The notes: generated by a model not told the origin, from the letters alone. A stretch of DNA of 64,000 nucleotides from Macrostomum lignano (GCA_002269645.1 NIVC01000702.1:124001-188000), one strand, 5' to 3'. Positions 26,646 to 39,950 are shown, numbered from the stretch's first letter. Translations and numbers: made by a program.

Positions 26646-27341
26646 TAATGGCTAAAGTTCCAGTAGGCCTACTAGAACCCATTTTCTAATGGCTATGGAT
26701 CCAACAGTCTTTTGCGGGCAGTTATCTATTAATGAAGTCTTTGAACATTAGAAGTATCTTGTTTTAAATCTCATTATTTCATTTTGATCTTATCTTGAAC
26801 AAAATCAGGTGCATAGCCTAAATGGCACATGAATAAGACTATTATACACTAAGACTGCTATAGCTATTACTGGCTACTAGTATTGAAGGAGAGCTACTAA
26901 TCTTCTAGCATTGCTATTCCTCGCATAGGCTTTTCTCTTGCAGGCTTGTCCTATTGGCTTTCCTAACCACTCACTCATCTCTCTAGCACCATCCAATAAT
27001 ATATTGAGCCAAATTATTTCCCCAGCACCTTAAGTATAGTAGTCTTGGTATATGGTAGTCTTAGTCCTACACTACCAGATTTCATGTCAGGGGAAGACAG
27101 ATGACCTTAAACTATCTCCAATGTTAGCGATAGAAGCAAAATACAAAGGCAAGAAAAAATTTCCTTTCCAGGGAAGGATATGTCCCTAGTATCCCTCCTT
27201 AGCTATACCTTTAAACAAAATCCCAATGTCAACTACCTATTAAAAAGTTATTATATTTTACCCATAGATTGCACTACTAGAATACCATTGCAAATCTATA
27301 GCCATTAGAAAATGGGTTCCGGTGCCAGAACTCTAGCCATT
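26646..27341. mobile_element. ~700-bp decayed non-autonomous DNA element with ~50-bp terminal inverted repeats (hAT-like)
   Basis: GAACCCATTTTCTAATGGCTATGGAT (~26675-26700) pairs with ATCTATAGCCATTAGAAAATGGGTTC (~27294-27319); the outer ends are TAATGGCTAAAGTTC and GAACTCTAGCCATTG. No clean TSD. Confidence 0.55.
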
Positions 27342-29997
27342 GCCACCACTTTAACTATCATTAGATTGTCTACTATTGCCAAATTGACTTGAAACCCTCT
27401 AGTCCCTACTATTATAATAGTCTGTTATAGTGACTATAACAGACCTAGAATTGTTTTATTTTTATATTTAATTTATAATTAGCTAGGCCCTCCTAGTCTT
27501 GGCTTTTTTATATATTAGTTGATATCTAAGTAGGGATGCCAACCCTAGGGAGTGTTCCCTGGGTCCCCCAGGGAGCTTGTTAAGGAATATTCCCCAAAGA
27601 GCTTGTTGGGGAATAGTCCTCAAAGAATTAGATTGGGGACCCCAGGAAGAAAAAAATACAGTTTTTGACTTAATTTTCGCCATTTAAATAAGAAAATTAT
27701 TCACAAAAAGCTGATTGAAACTCTGTTTATGCTTTTTATCACATAACTGCTTATTTCTATGTATTATTTCAAATGCAATACACATTTGAATATTTTTTCA
27801 CTACAAGTCTTTAAATCAAGCAAATTGCATGTAGAAACCTATCAGGAAAAAGAAACCTTACTATCTATTATGTTGGTTTGCATTGAAAGCTTAACACATT
27901 TGACGCAGGCATAGTGCTGGTCCTGCATCAGTCACTGACGCATAGGGGATATCAAACAACAACAAAATACTCCCTATTAGACAAGGAAAAATGGTGAATT
28001 ATCTGCAAGAAAAAATTCCAATAATAGAAACAATCTTATTCATTAATTATCCTCCCACAAGCATAGCTGCTAAGCATGCATTTTCTACCTTCAGAGTATT
28101 GACTCTTTTTGACAAAGGTGCATGCATGCTTTGGTGATGCCATGTTGTCAAATACAGTTTTAAATAAACATTGTTTTAAGTTTTTACCCTTGTGCCTTGA
28201 ACATGTAGTCCAAAGCTTAAATTAAAGTGTATAAAATTCCACTTAAGATCTAAGTTATCCACAAATTTTTTACTTATTTTTTCTTTTCCCTGGGGTCTCA
28301 AGGAATAAAAATAAATTCCCTGGGTATACATGCCCAACCTAAAAATTTTACCCATTTAGAGCAACTTAGTTTTGTCCAGATTTGCAACTTACCTATGTGC
28401 TACTATACTGAATGACCAGGGGGGGGGGGTAGCATACCTTGTGTTCTTGTGCTTATTGAAAAATGGAGGTACCTCATTTCTTTTCCCTTTCTCCTGCCCT
28501 CACTCTCTTTCCTGATTGATTTATCATTCACTTATTCTATACATGTACAACCTTGGGAATCACCTGGCCATTTCTATTGGCAACATATATGTAAGTTGCT
28601 ATTACCTAAGACTAAGAGCAATCACATGGCTACTATTCTGTCCAATTTCTGTCCCAGTCTGTTTGTCTAGTCTGTCCTATTTCTTGGCAGTGTCAACTGG
28701 GGAACAAGGAAAAACCCACAGGTAGACCAAGCAAGAGAACAGAGTGATGTCAGGAAAAATGTCACCAATAGGAAATTTTTTTGCACTAGAGTTTGGCCTC
28801 CAATCCATTCACCCAGTGGTAGTTTAGCCTACCACAAAATGCAAGTTTTAGAGGTATTTTTAAAGGGAAAATACAAATTTTTATGTTTGTCTTTTTTGCA
28901 AAAAAGTTTTAGCACATTGTGCAATCAAATTATTTTGGTAGGATTTGTTTTGGCACAGGTGTGCCATGATCCTGACTGTCAATTAACCAGTAGGCCATTA
29001 CTAACCTTCAACCTATTTATGTATCTTACAGTGGCATACAGTGGCATAGCCAGAGTTAATGGCTTACTTTTGTATATTGCTATATATATTGCTATATATA
29101 TATTATTGTGATAGTACATTTAAGCCATTTCTTTTATACTATTATTTATTTGTGTATAATATAGGCTAAATTTTATGTATATCTTATCATAAGTACTATT
29201 CTTCCTATACAAATTTACAATTGCGCAGCTAGATCTGCAATTCTTGATCAACTTATTCTTGATCCCATTTTTTAAATAAAATTCTTGTATGATCTTGCTT
29301 AAAAACTAAAATCTGATCTTGGTTGGACTCTATTTGCTATTATCACCTGAGTCTTGACCTATTTGTTATTTATTATCTTATATTAGTGGTTTCATCATCT
29401 ACCAATCAGACAAGTTAGAAGCAACCATGAAACAATTTGGTAAATTGGTATAATATAACACTTATAGGTGGGTCAAATATTTGAAAAACAATGTTTTTCA
29501 ATACTTTCAATATTTGAATGCACACATACTATGGGGCTTAGAGTGCTTAATATATAACTCTAAACAAGTAAAAATTCAATTTGAAAGTGAGTCAAAATTT
29601 GAAAACAATGCTTTTTTATGTTTTCAATGTTTAAATCTTGAATTTGAATGCCTCCATAGGGACTTAATGTGCTAGTACATTCATGAGAAAAATATAACAC
29701 ACTTGGGGTATTATACCAATAGTGACTATAAAAGTTCAAAAGCTCTATGTAGTTTATTCAAAAATTTCTATTACTATCTTTGTTGCCTGCATCCCTAATG
29801 TGGGGTGCTGATGGCTAGTCCTATATACTAAAAATGAGTCTCGAAAAATGAAATATGAGCAATTGATTTTTAGCAAAAATAGCTAACTGATTTTCTTCAA
29901 TTTTTTTGCATTAAAAGCCAATTTCTTTATGAATTTTTTCCTTGTCATTTGTTGCATTATAAAAGTTCATATCGAATAAAAAATATAAAAATTTTGC

Positions 29998-32900
29998 ATG
30001 AGCATTTTCGGCAGTCAGCTTCTGTGCCTTGCGCGATTGCATAGACACTTAAGCTTTAAGGCCTATCTGAAATTGACAGCATCACGGTCAGCTTGCATGG
30101 CTGCTACTGTTGCTACTGCTGATACTACTGACTTTTCAGTAGTCACTACAGTAGACAATGCTGCTAATGCTTCTGAAGAGTCTAATATTAAGCCACAGTT
30201 CTACTTTGAAAATGGTCTTCGTAAAGTGAGTGCACTTTGGTTTTATGGGTTGTACTTGTATTAATAATTTATTGATGTACATGTTTATAAGAATAATCCT
30301 AAGGGATCTGGAAATCAAACTAATTTAGTGTAATAATAAATATATAAATTACTATTTATATGGCCAGATGTAGGCCACAGCTGTTGAATTTGAAGGTTGT
30401 GTATGGCTGTTCAGTCCAAGAACTGGGGGGTCGCCACACAAACCCCCAGTTACCCCAGCTAATGCTGGCACCCATTTTACAGATGGGTGAACTGAAGCAA
30501 TACAGAGTTAAGTGTCTTGCTCAATGACACAAATCGTTCCAAGTGGAATTGAGAATCGAACCCCCGACCTTTCAGTCGTGAGTCCGACGCTCTAACCACT
30601 AGGCTACAACCTCCACTAGATTATACTTTTTCAAGAATCGCCCCATAAACCTATTCAAGAATCGCCCCATAAACCCATTCAAGAATCGCCCCATAAACCT
30701 ATCTAAGAATCGCCCCATAAATCCATTCAAGAATCGCCCCATAAACCAATTCAAGAATCGCCCCATAAACCAATTCAAGAATCGCCCCATAAACCTATTC
30801 AAGAATCGCCCCATAAACCCATTCAAAAATCGCCCCATAAACCTATTCATCGCCCCATAAATCAGCTGTCTAAACTTCTGTTCCCAACCGCAAATCGCCA
30901 GGTATACCCGTACTACTTTGTCTATTCAACCTACACCAAACGGCGTTGGTTGGGCAAGAAGCTGAAAGAAGTTCTTCTGGACGAGTACAGAGGCACTACG
31001 GAGGAGGCTCTGGTAATGACTTCGTCTCAGTTAGAAACCGATTGCTATGTTTTTTGTGTCGTTTTAAAAGAGCTGACTTTATTTTAATCCCTTGTTTCAG
31101 TTAGATCAGAGATTTTCAACTTAAACGAATCACGATTAATGGCGAGCCCGCTGCTGAGGGCCACGTTCTGGATCACAATGAGCACATTCAGAGAACTGTG
31201 CACAGGCACGAGCTGCCAGTGCTAGGTTAGTTACTAGGGGTATCATTGTATGTTCGTGTCTTTTGTGTCTTTTGTTCGCCCTTCTGTGTTTTTTGTTCGC
31301 CCTTCTTTGTATCTTTTGTTCGCCCTTCTTTGTGTCTTTTGTTCGCCTTTCTTTGTGTCTTTTGTTCGCCCTTCTTTGTGTCTTTTGTTCGCCCTTCTTT
31401 CTGTCTTTTGTTCGCCCTTCTTTGTGTCTTTTGTTCGCCCTTCTTTGTGTCTTTTGTTCGCCCTTCTTTGTGTCTTTTGTTCGCCCTTCTTTGTGTCTTT
31501 TGTTAGCCCTTCTGTGTGTCTTTTGTTCGCCCTTTGTATCTTTTGTTCGCCCTTCTTTGTCTTTTGTTCGCCCTTCTTTGTGTCTTTTGTTAGCCCTTCT
31601 GTGTGTCTTTTGTTCGCCCTTTGTATCTTTTGTTCGCCCTTCTTTGTCTTTTGTTCGCCCTTCTGTGTATCTTTTGTTCGCCCTTCTTTGTGTCTTTTGT
31701 TCGCCCTTCTGTGTGTCTTTTGTTCGCCCTTCTTTGTGTCTTTTGTTTGCCTTTCTTTGTGTCTTTTGTTCGCCCTTCTTTGTGTCTTTTGTTCGCTCTT
31801 CTGTGTATCTTTTGTTCGCCCTTCTTTGTGTCTTTTGTTCGCCCTTCTGTGTGTCTTTTGTTCGCCCTTCTTTGTGTCTTTTGTTTGCCTTTCTTTGTGT
31901 CTTTTGTTCGCCCTTCTTTGTGTCTTTTGTTCGCTCTTCTTTGTGTCTTTTGTTCGCCCTTCTTTGTGTCTTTTGTTCGCCCTTCTTTGTGTCTTTTGTT
32001 CGCCCTTTGTATCTTTTGTTCGCCCTTCTTTGTCTTTTGTTCGCCCTTCTGTGTGTCTTTTGTTCGCCCTTCTTTGTGTCTTTTGTTCGCCCTTCTTTGT
32101 GTCTTTTGTTCGCTCTTCTTTGTGTCTTTTGTTCGCCCTTCTTTGTGTCTTTTGTTCGCCCTTCTTTGTGTCTTTTGTTCGCCCTTCTTTGTGTCTTTTG
32201 TTCGCCCTTCTTTGTGTCTTTTGTTAGCCCTTCTTTGTGTCTTTTGTTCGCCCTTTGTATCTTTTGTTCGCCCTTCTTTGTGTCTTTTGTTCGCCCTTCT
32301 GTGTCTTTTGTTCGCCCTTCTTTGTGTCTTTTGTTAGCCCTTCTGTGTGTCTTTTGTTCGCCCTTTGTATCTTTTGTTTGCCTTTCTTTGTGTCTTTTGT
32401 TCGCCCTTCTTTCTGTCTTTAGGCTGTCCTTCTTTGCGTCCTGTTTGCCCATTTTGTCTTTAGCAAGTTGTGTATTTAGCCAGTCTCATCCCCATTCCCC
32501 CTATTCCTGCAGACGCGCCAGTGGACATAGTACACGAAGACAGCGAAGTCCTAGTCGTGAACAAGCCGCCAGGCCTGCCGATACATCCGTGCGGCAGATT
32601 CAATCGCAACTCTCTGTCCTATTTGTTAGAGTGCGAGCACAAGCGCACCGGTCTGCATATTGTGCACAGATTGGATCGCATGACTTCTGGCGTTTTAATT
32701 ATTGGCAAATCGTCTCAGAGAGCGTCGACTCTGTCTGGTCTGGTTCGCGATCGGGCTGTGCAGAAATGGTACCTGGCCAGGGTTGAAGGAAGGTAAGCTA
32801 AACTTTTTGGCATCACTTTTGGCATCTTAGCAACTTTACCATTGAGTCATGGCATCTCAGCATCTCCCCCATTGAGCCTATGGCATCTCAGCAACTCCCC

Positions 32901-35416
32901 CTTGAGCCTATGGCATCTCAGCAACTCCCCCTTGAGCCTATGGCATCTTAGCAACTCCCCCATTGAGCCTATGGCATCTTGAGCCTATGGCATCTCAGCA
33001 ACTCCCCCATTGAGCCTATGGCATCTCAGCAACTCCCCCTTGAGCCTATGGCATCTTGAGCCTATGGCATCTAGCGTCTCCCCCATTGAGCCTATGGCAT
33101 CTCAGCAACTCCCCATTGAGCCTATGGTATCTCAGCATCTCCCCCATTGAGCCTATGGAATCTCAGCATCTCCCCCATTGAGCCTATGGTATCTCAGCAT
33201 CTCCCCCATTGAGCCTATGGCATCTTGAGCCTATGGAATCTCAGCATCTCCCCCATTGAGCCTATGGCATCTTGAGCCTATGGCATCTCAGCAACTCCCC
33301 CTTGAGCCTATGGCATCTTGAGCCTATGGCATCTAGCGTCTCCCCCATTGAGCCTATGGCATCTCAGCAACTCCCCCTTGAGCCTATGGCATCTTGAGCC
33401 TATGGAATCTCAGCATCTCCCCCATTGAGCCTATGGCATCTTGAGCCTATGGCATCTCAGCAACTCCCCCTTGAGCCTATGGCATCTCAGCAACTCCCAC
33501 CTTGAGCCTATGGTATCTCAGCAACCCCCCCTTGAGCCTATGGCATCTTGAGCCTTTGGCATCTTACCGTCTCCCCCTTGAGCCTATGGCATCTCAGCAA
33601 CTCCCCCTTGAGCCTATGGCATCTCAGCAACTCCCCCCTTGAGCCTATGGCATCTTGAGCCTATGGCATCTCAGCAACTCCCCCTTGAGCCTATGGCATC
33701 TTGAGCCTATGGAATCTCAGCATCTCCCCCATTGAGCCTATGGCATCTTGAGCCTATGGCATCTCAGCAACTCCCCCTTGAGCCTATGGCATCTCAGCAA
33801 CTCCCACCTTGAGCCTATGGCATCTCAGCAACCCCCCCCCCTGAGCCTATGGCATCTTGAGCCTTTGGCATCTTACCGTCTCCCCCTTGAGCCTATGGCA
33901 TCTCAGCAACTCCCCCTTGAGCCTATGGCATCTCAGCAACTCCCCCCTTGAGCCTATGGCATCTTGAGCCTATGGCATCTCAGCAACTCCCCCTTAAGCC
34001 TATGGCATCTTGAGCCTATGGCATCTTAGCGTCTCCCCCTTGAGCCTATGGCATCTTGAGCCTATGGCATCCTGAGCCTATGGCATCTCAGCAACTCCCC
34101 CTTGAGCCTATGGCATCTTGAGCCTATGGCACCTCAGCATCTCCCCCATTGAGCCTATGGCATCTCAGCATCTCCCCCATTGAGCCTATGGCACCTCAGC
34201 ATCTCCCCCCTGAGCCTATGGCATATCAGCACCTCCTCCCTGAGCCTATGGCATCTCAGCACCTCCTCCCTGAGCTTTTGGCATCTCAGCATCTCCCCCC
34301 TGAGCCTATGGCATTTCAGCATCTCCCCCCTGAGCCTATGGCATCTCAGCATCTCCTCCACTGAGCATCTCAGAGAGCTCTTATCTTTCTCACCTTCTTA
34401 ACGCCTAAATGTCAATAAAATTATAAATATCATAAAATAAAATAAATACTGTCAGTAGCTTATTAGCACATTTCGCTTCGTATAGAATGTGTCATATTTT
34501 ATAAAATAAACCCGATAACAGTTCTGAGTTCGAATCTGCATCTAAAAATATCTATTTTTCTTTTTAGATTTCCTGAAGCAGCAGAACTCGGGACAGAAGA
34601 CGATTTAATTTTTTAAGAAGATGACGCAATCGTCTGCTCCGGTTCGCTTGGCCATCTGAGTCGAAAACTCGGTCTACAAGCCGTGCTTACGGAGGCCGAA
34701 GGCGGCAAACCCAGCAAGTCTTTGTTTCGTCGGCTGTCTTACAATGGCCGCACCAGTTTAGTTGAATGCCAGCCGCTGACTGGGCGGACCCACCAGCTGC
34801 GGGTGCACCTGCAGTACCTGGGCTTTCCTATCGCCAACGATCCGCTTTATAATAGCGAGGTCTGGGGACCCGAGAAAGGCCGGGGCGGAAGGTGAGGGGC
34901 TGCGACAGCGCTGATTGACAGATAGAGAGATTGTAGATGTATATTGATTGATTACTGGGTTTATGGATAGATAAGATAGATAGATACATACATACATACA
35001 TACATAGATCTGTTCTATCTACTGGGCTGATTGATTGATGGATGGATAGATAGACTGACAGATAGACTGACAGATAGATAGACAGATAGACAGATGGATA
35101 GATAGACAGATAGACAGATAGACAGATAGACTGACAGACAGACAGACAGATAGACAGATAAATAAACTAACAGATAAACAGATAAATAGACTGACAGATA
35201 GACGGATAAATAGACTGACAGACTGACAGACAGACTGACAGACAGACAGACAGACTGACAGACAGATAGATAAATAGACTGACAAATAGATGGATAAATA
35301 GACTGACAGATAGATGGATAAATAGACTGACAAATAGATGGATAAATAGACTGACAGATAGATGGATAAATAGACTGACAAATAGATGGATAAATAGACT
35401 GACAGACAGACAGACT

Positions 35417-35459
<43 letters not shown>

Positions 35460-35500
35460 CGACAGACAGACAGATTGACAGACAGACAGACAGACAGACC

Positions 35501-35550
<50 letters not shown>

Positions 35551-35977
35551 TGCCTAGATTCCTTCCCCTCCCCCACGCTTCAGATTCGGCAAGCCCAAGG
35601 AGCAGCTGCTAGCAGATTTAATGCGACTACACGACAGCGATAATTTCCTATTAAGCCTGCGGACTAAAGACTTTCTTGATGACGACAAAGACTCAGCAGA
35701 CGTGGCCGCTAAACGACCGAGACTGTCCGACGCTGTCTGCTACAGACTTGTCGACCGACCCAACCCGGACCAGCGCTACAATTGCCAGCATTGGCGCAGC
35801 GATCCGCACTGCGAAGATTGCATTCAGATTCAGCAGAACCGACTGTACAGAGATCCTCGGCATAACGAATTGGTGCTGTTTCTGCACGCTGCCAGATATC
35901 GCGGCCCGGACTTTGACTATTGTGCCCCGCTGCCCGACTGGGCTGATGATCACTTCGACTGTTCTAGCTTTGTTTAA
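29998..35977 (+). CDS. RPUSD2: RluA-family RNA pseudouridine synthase (RPUSD2-like), 6 exons, one in-frame TAA in exon 5 (possible pseudogenised copy or base error)
   Basis: Exons 29998-30225, 30902-31012, 31105-31225, 32513-32792, 34568-34891, 35584-35977. Motifs [23 protein letters not shown], catalytic [34 protein letters not shown]. Confidence 0.9.
30375..30615 (-). mobile_element. tRNA-derived SINE, copy B (best preserved), in RPUSD2 intron 1
   Basis: On the minus strand: A box TAGCCTAGTGG, B box GGTTCGATTC, then GTGTCATTGAGCAAGACACTT. Confidence 0.85.
30630..30862. repeat. 24-bp minisatellite (TTCAAGAATCGCCCCATAAACCTA)n
   Basis: Direct reading; RPUSD2 intron 1. Confidence 0.95.
31255..32420. 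repeat. 23-bp minisatellite (TTTGTTCGCCCTTCTTTGTGTCT)n
   Basis: Direct reading; RPUSD2 intron 3. Confidence 0.95.
32825..34370. repeat. Mixed 30/31-bp and 16-bp GAGCCTATGGCATCT array
   Basis: Direct reading; RPUSD2 intron 4. Confidence 0.95.
35035..35550. repeat. (GACA/GATA)n microsatellite
   Basis: Direct reading; RPUSD2 intron 5. Confidence 0.95.
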
Positions 35978-36224
35978 TTCAAAGCTCGTTGCCAGCTATA
36001 TACTACTGTTGATAGGCTGTTTGTTGCATTTGTTTTGCAATCTTTGATAATAACTATGAGTAATCGACGTTGATACTTTCCTGAAAAAGTAAACAACGAT
36101 ACTGATAATGCACTGGTATAGGCATTTAAAAATATACGCCTTTTTTGTTAACTTCAAGTATTCATTTTTAGGTTACTGTGCGTACAATTAACTATAAAAT
36201 TTCTGACGCTCACCTCTTTTATAA

Positions 36225-37085
36225 TCACCGGACCAATACCTGACAATCACCTGACAATCACCTGACCAATACCTGACAATCACCTGACCAATACCTGACA
36301 ATCACCTGACCAATACCTGACAATCACCTGACCAATACCTGACAATCACCTGACCAATACCTGACAATCACCTGACCAATACCTGACAATCACCTGACCA
36401 ATACCTGACAATCACCTGACAATCACCTGACAATCACCTGACCAATACCTGACAATCACCTGACCAATACCTGACAATCACCTGACAATCACGTGACCAA
36501 TACCTGACAATCACCTGACCAATACCTGACAATCACCTGACCAATACCTGACAATCACCTGACAATCACGTGACCAATACCTGACAATCACCTGACCAAT
36601 ACCTGACAATCACCTGACAATCACGTGACCAATACCTGACAATCACCTGACCAATACCTGACAATCACCTGACCAATACCTGACAATCACCTGACCAATA
36701 CCTGACAATCACCTGACAATCACGTGACCAATACCTGACAATCACCTGACCATTACCTGACAATCACCTGACCATTACCTGACAATCACCTGACCATTAC
36801 CTTACAATCACCTGACCATTACCTGACAATCACCTGACCAATACCTGACAATCACCTGACCAATACCTGACAATCACCTGACAATCACGTGACCAATACC
36901 TGACAATCACCTGACCAATACCTGACAATCACCTGACCATTACCTGACAATCACCTGACCATTACCTGACAATCACCTGACCATTATCTGACAATCACCT
37001 GACCAATACCTGACAATCACCTGACCATTACCTTACAATCACCTGACCAATACCTGAGAGTCACCTGACTCACCTGATCTGACAG
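36225..37085. repeat. 22-bp (11+11) minisatellite (CCTGACAATCA-CCTGACCAATA)n
   Basis: Direct reading. Confidence 0.95.
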
Positions 37086-37232
37086 TCAACTCTAACAGAA
37101 AACCATAGTCTCCTAGTTTTATTGGCTAGTATTATTAAAATCACAAACACTACTCATTAGTAACACGCACATATACTTATTTTCATGCCACTCCAAGCAG
37201 CAGCAGCATCAGCAGCATAATACACACTTCAA

Positions 37233-38416
37233 ATGAAACCAAAACGTCTCAGACGCAACAGCGACTTGGGCGTTGGTGCCTCCTACGATCCGCCCTCGCC
37301 TCCGCCGCCTCTGCCGCCCCCGTTTCCGCCCCCTACTCCGCCGTTGAGTCACCCGCCGCCAACTACTGCGCTGCCTCCACAGCCGCAGCAACAGCAGCAG
37401 CAGCAGCAACAGTTGCGTAGATCAAAACGCCTGTGCACCAGACCCAGAAGCCCCCGTCTGGATGTCCGCCTCTACTGCTCCCTGTGCGCCGAGAGTTTAG
37501 AAACCGGAGTTGACCTGGCCAGCCCGGACACCTGCACTGGGCATACTTTTCACCTGGCCTGCATGACAGCCTGGCTGGAGACTCGGTCCAGTCCTGTCTG
37601 TCCCATCGAGGCCTGCAGTCGCCCGTTCGCCAACGTGTGCGTCCGTCGCCGTCCGGGCGGCCGGGTGCTCCAACGCCTGCACGCCGATCAGAGCTTTGCC
37701 TGTCCGATCTGTCGAGAGCCGCTGGCTGGCCAGTGCGCCAGTCCCGACTGCTGCCGGCACGCCTTTTGCCTGCCCTGTCTTCGTCGATGGTCGCGCGCTA
37801 GCGACGCTTGCCCGCTGGATCGGCGTCGATTCTCGTCGATTTGCCTTCGACCAAGGGTCGGCTCTGAACGACTGCTCAGGCGTGTTCGGGTGGCGCCGCC
37901 AAGGAGGCAGTCGCCGGAGCCCGCGCCCCAGCCGCCCCAGCCACCCCCGCCGCCCCTCCGCCGCCCCCGCCGCCGCCCCCGCCACCGCCTCCACCGCTTC
38001 AACAGGCTCCGATTGCGGCGCCGCCTCCACCGCCACCTCCGCCACCACCGCCGCCGCCTCCACAGCTGTCGGGGCTGCATACTCATCCTCATCATCATGC
38101 TCAACAGCATCATCAGCATCAGCTACTGTTGCAGCATCATCAGCAGCAGCAGCATCATCATCAGAATCCTCACGCCGCGGCTGCAGCAGTGGCAGCAGCA
38201 GCAGCAGCAGCCGCCGCTAACAACAGCAACAGCAATGGAAATCCAGTCGGAGTCGGCGCTGCTCTTACGACAACATCTGGCGGCGGCGCTGGCGAACCAG
38301 TAGTTGTTGATGTGAGAAATCTGCTGGACTATCTGAGACTTATGAGCATCAGCCGGCTAGCTGATGGAGACTATTATGGCTACTGTTTCTACTCTAGCCT
38401 GCTCAGAGCTATCTGA
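37233..38416 (+). CDS. Intronless tandem double-RING protein (PHRF1/SCAF11-type RINGs) with Pro/His/Gln/Ala low-complexity tail, ~394 aa after correcting a 1-bp frameshift
   Basis: RING-H2 CSLC..CTGHTFHLAC..CPIEAC and RING-HC CPIC..CCRHAFCLPC..CPLDR. One C missing in the run at 37953-37956 moves poly-Pro into an Arg/His frame; restoring it joins to the 38129-38416 ORF. Confidence 0.75.
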
Positions 38417-38941
38417 GTTGAAATCCGTTTATACTGTGCCCCAACAGATGCCTAACACTTGTGCCATCTTAGGTGCTAGTAATGACGCTCTCAAAAGTTT
38501 CTGTTAGTTTTAGTTTTAGCCATAGACTATGAAGCTCTACAAGAGAACTCTTGGATGAGAAAAATGTAAAGTAGCGTCATGGCCAGTCTTAGGCAACAGG
38601 AAAGTCTCATTCCTTGGAAATTGTTCAATTTCTAACTGATTGAATTGCTACTGATAAGTAGTGTTGTTACAATTTTCCAAGTTTTTTGTTTGCTAACTAA
38701 ATGATCAGCTTTGTACATACAGATAGTAAAGTTACTGTTGGGCTTTGTTTTCTGTAATTTTTGCATTGTTTCTGCTTTTTTTTGAAAATGCCACATTTGC
38801 AGTCTCATGTGCCAGCGGCCCAGGCTCGATTCCAAGTGCAGTCACCTTAATTTGGCGCTAAATTGAAACCTCGGCTGCAGAACCGCTCGTGCAACTGCAA
38901 CCCAAGGCACAGTAAAATGTACATGCCTAACCATAAATAAA

Positions 38942-39030
38942 GTCAGGGCGGCTGTACACTCCTGTGTGAGGGTGTGCCTGTGCGTATGACTGCGTACGTA
39001 TCCGCGCGTTTGTGTGCCTGCTCAGGGGAG
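38942..39030 (+). repeat. Short dispersed repeat with a related copy at ~50541-50612
   Basis: GTCAGGGCGGCTG..GTGTGCCT..TACGTATC..TGTGTGC versus GTCAGGGCCGCTG..GTGTGCCT..TACGTATC..TGTGTGC. Confidence 0.5.
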
Positions 39031-39950
39031 CTCTTTTCTCTAATAATCTCTCCTTTCCTCTCTCCTCTCCTCTCTCTCCTCTCCTCTCTTCTCTTCTCCA
39101 TTCTCTCCTCTCTCTCTCCTCTTTCCTCTCTTCTTTATTCCCTCGCCTCTACTTTCTACTATCTCTCCTCTGTCTTCTCCATTCCCTCTCTCCTCTCCCC
39201 TCCTTTGGTTCGCAGTCATGCGCTTGATTTTCTATCTGGCCCTTCAATCAATAAGGCCTACGAACCCTTGCTCTAAACTAATAAAAATATATACCTCGGC
39301 TATTTTTTCGGGCTTTTATTTTTGTCTTGTGCTTGTATTGCTTAGTTAACTTGTTTGGTTAAAAGTTTTAATAAAAATGCTGTTTTTGTAGTTCATTGTT
39401 ATTTATACAACAACCTTTGTCTTTTTTAAGATTTCCTTCACATACTACTGCTAACTTTAGTAGTAATAGTAGTAGTAGAAGGTACGAAATCTCGCTTTTG
39501 TTTTTAAAAGAATAGTTTATTTGCAGTCCATATATTTGCAGTATATATGGAGCAGTCTTCCCAATAACATCGGATATTGTTAAGGTGTCCTTTACTGTTC
39601 TCTAATTAGTTGGTCGCGAAGGGATCCAGGGGGGGCATTGTACTGACTTTCTAGTGGTATTTTACACAGCCTGTGCCTCAATTGCGGGTTTTTAATAATT
39701 GTAAATTCTCTATTGTTGTAATTTTCATCTTTCTTTTGCTGCTAAAGTACGACTTTTTACTGGCTTTATATTGTACTAATATTTTTTCTCCCCGAGTACC
39801 TGTTGTTTGTACACCGCTTTCTGCCTTTGGCCTGGTGGCATTCCAGTCTATATGCCAGTGTTTTGTGTCTGTTTTCTTTTGAACACAGAAATTTTAATTG
39901 AAATTTAAATTACTATTTATAGTATACACTGCAAGCCAGTGATTGTAACA

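Noticed and set aside
30545-30615. tRNA gene
   Set aside because: A and B boxes are present, but the sequence continues into the SINE body shared by three copies and lacks a proper acceptor stem and terminator.
34614-34616. TAA reassignment or readthrough code (in-frame TAA here and at 23454; most host genes here end in TGA or TAG)
   Set aside because: RPUSD2 and the retroelement ORF themselves terminate at TAA, the sample is tiny, and a point mutation or error is far simpler.
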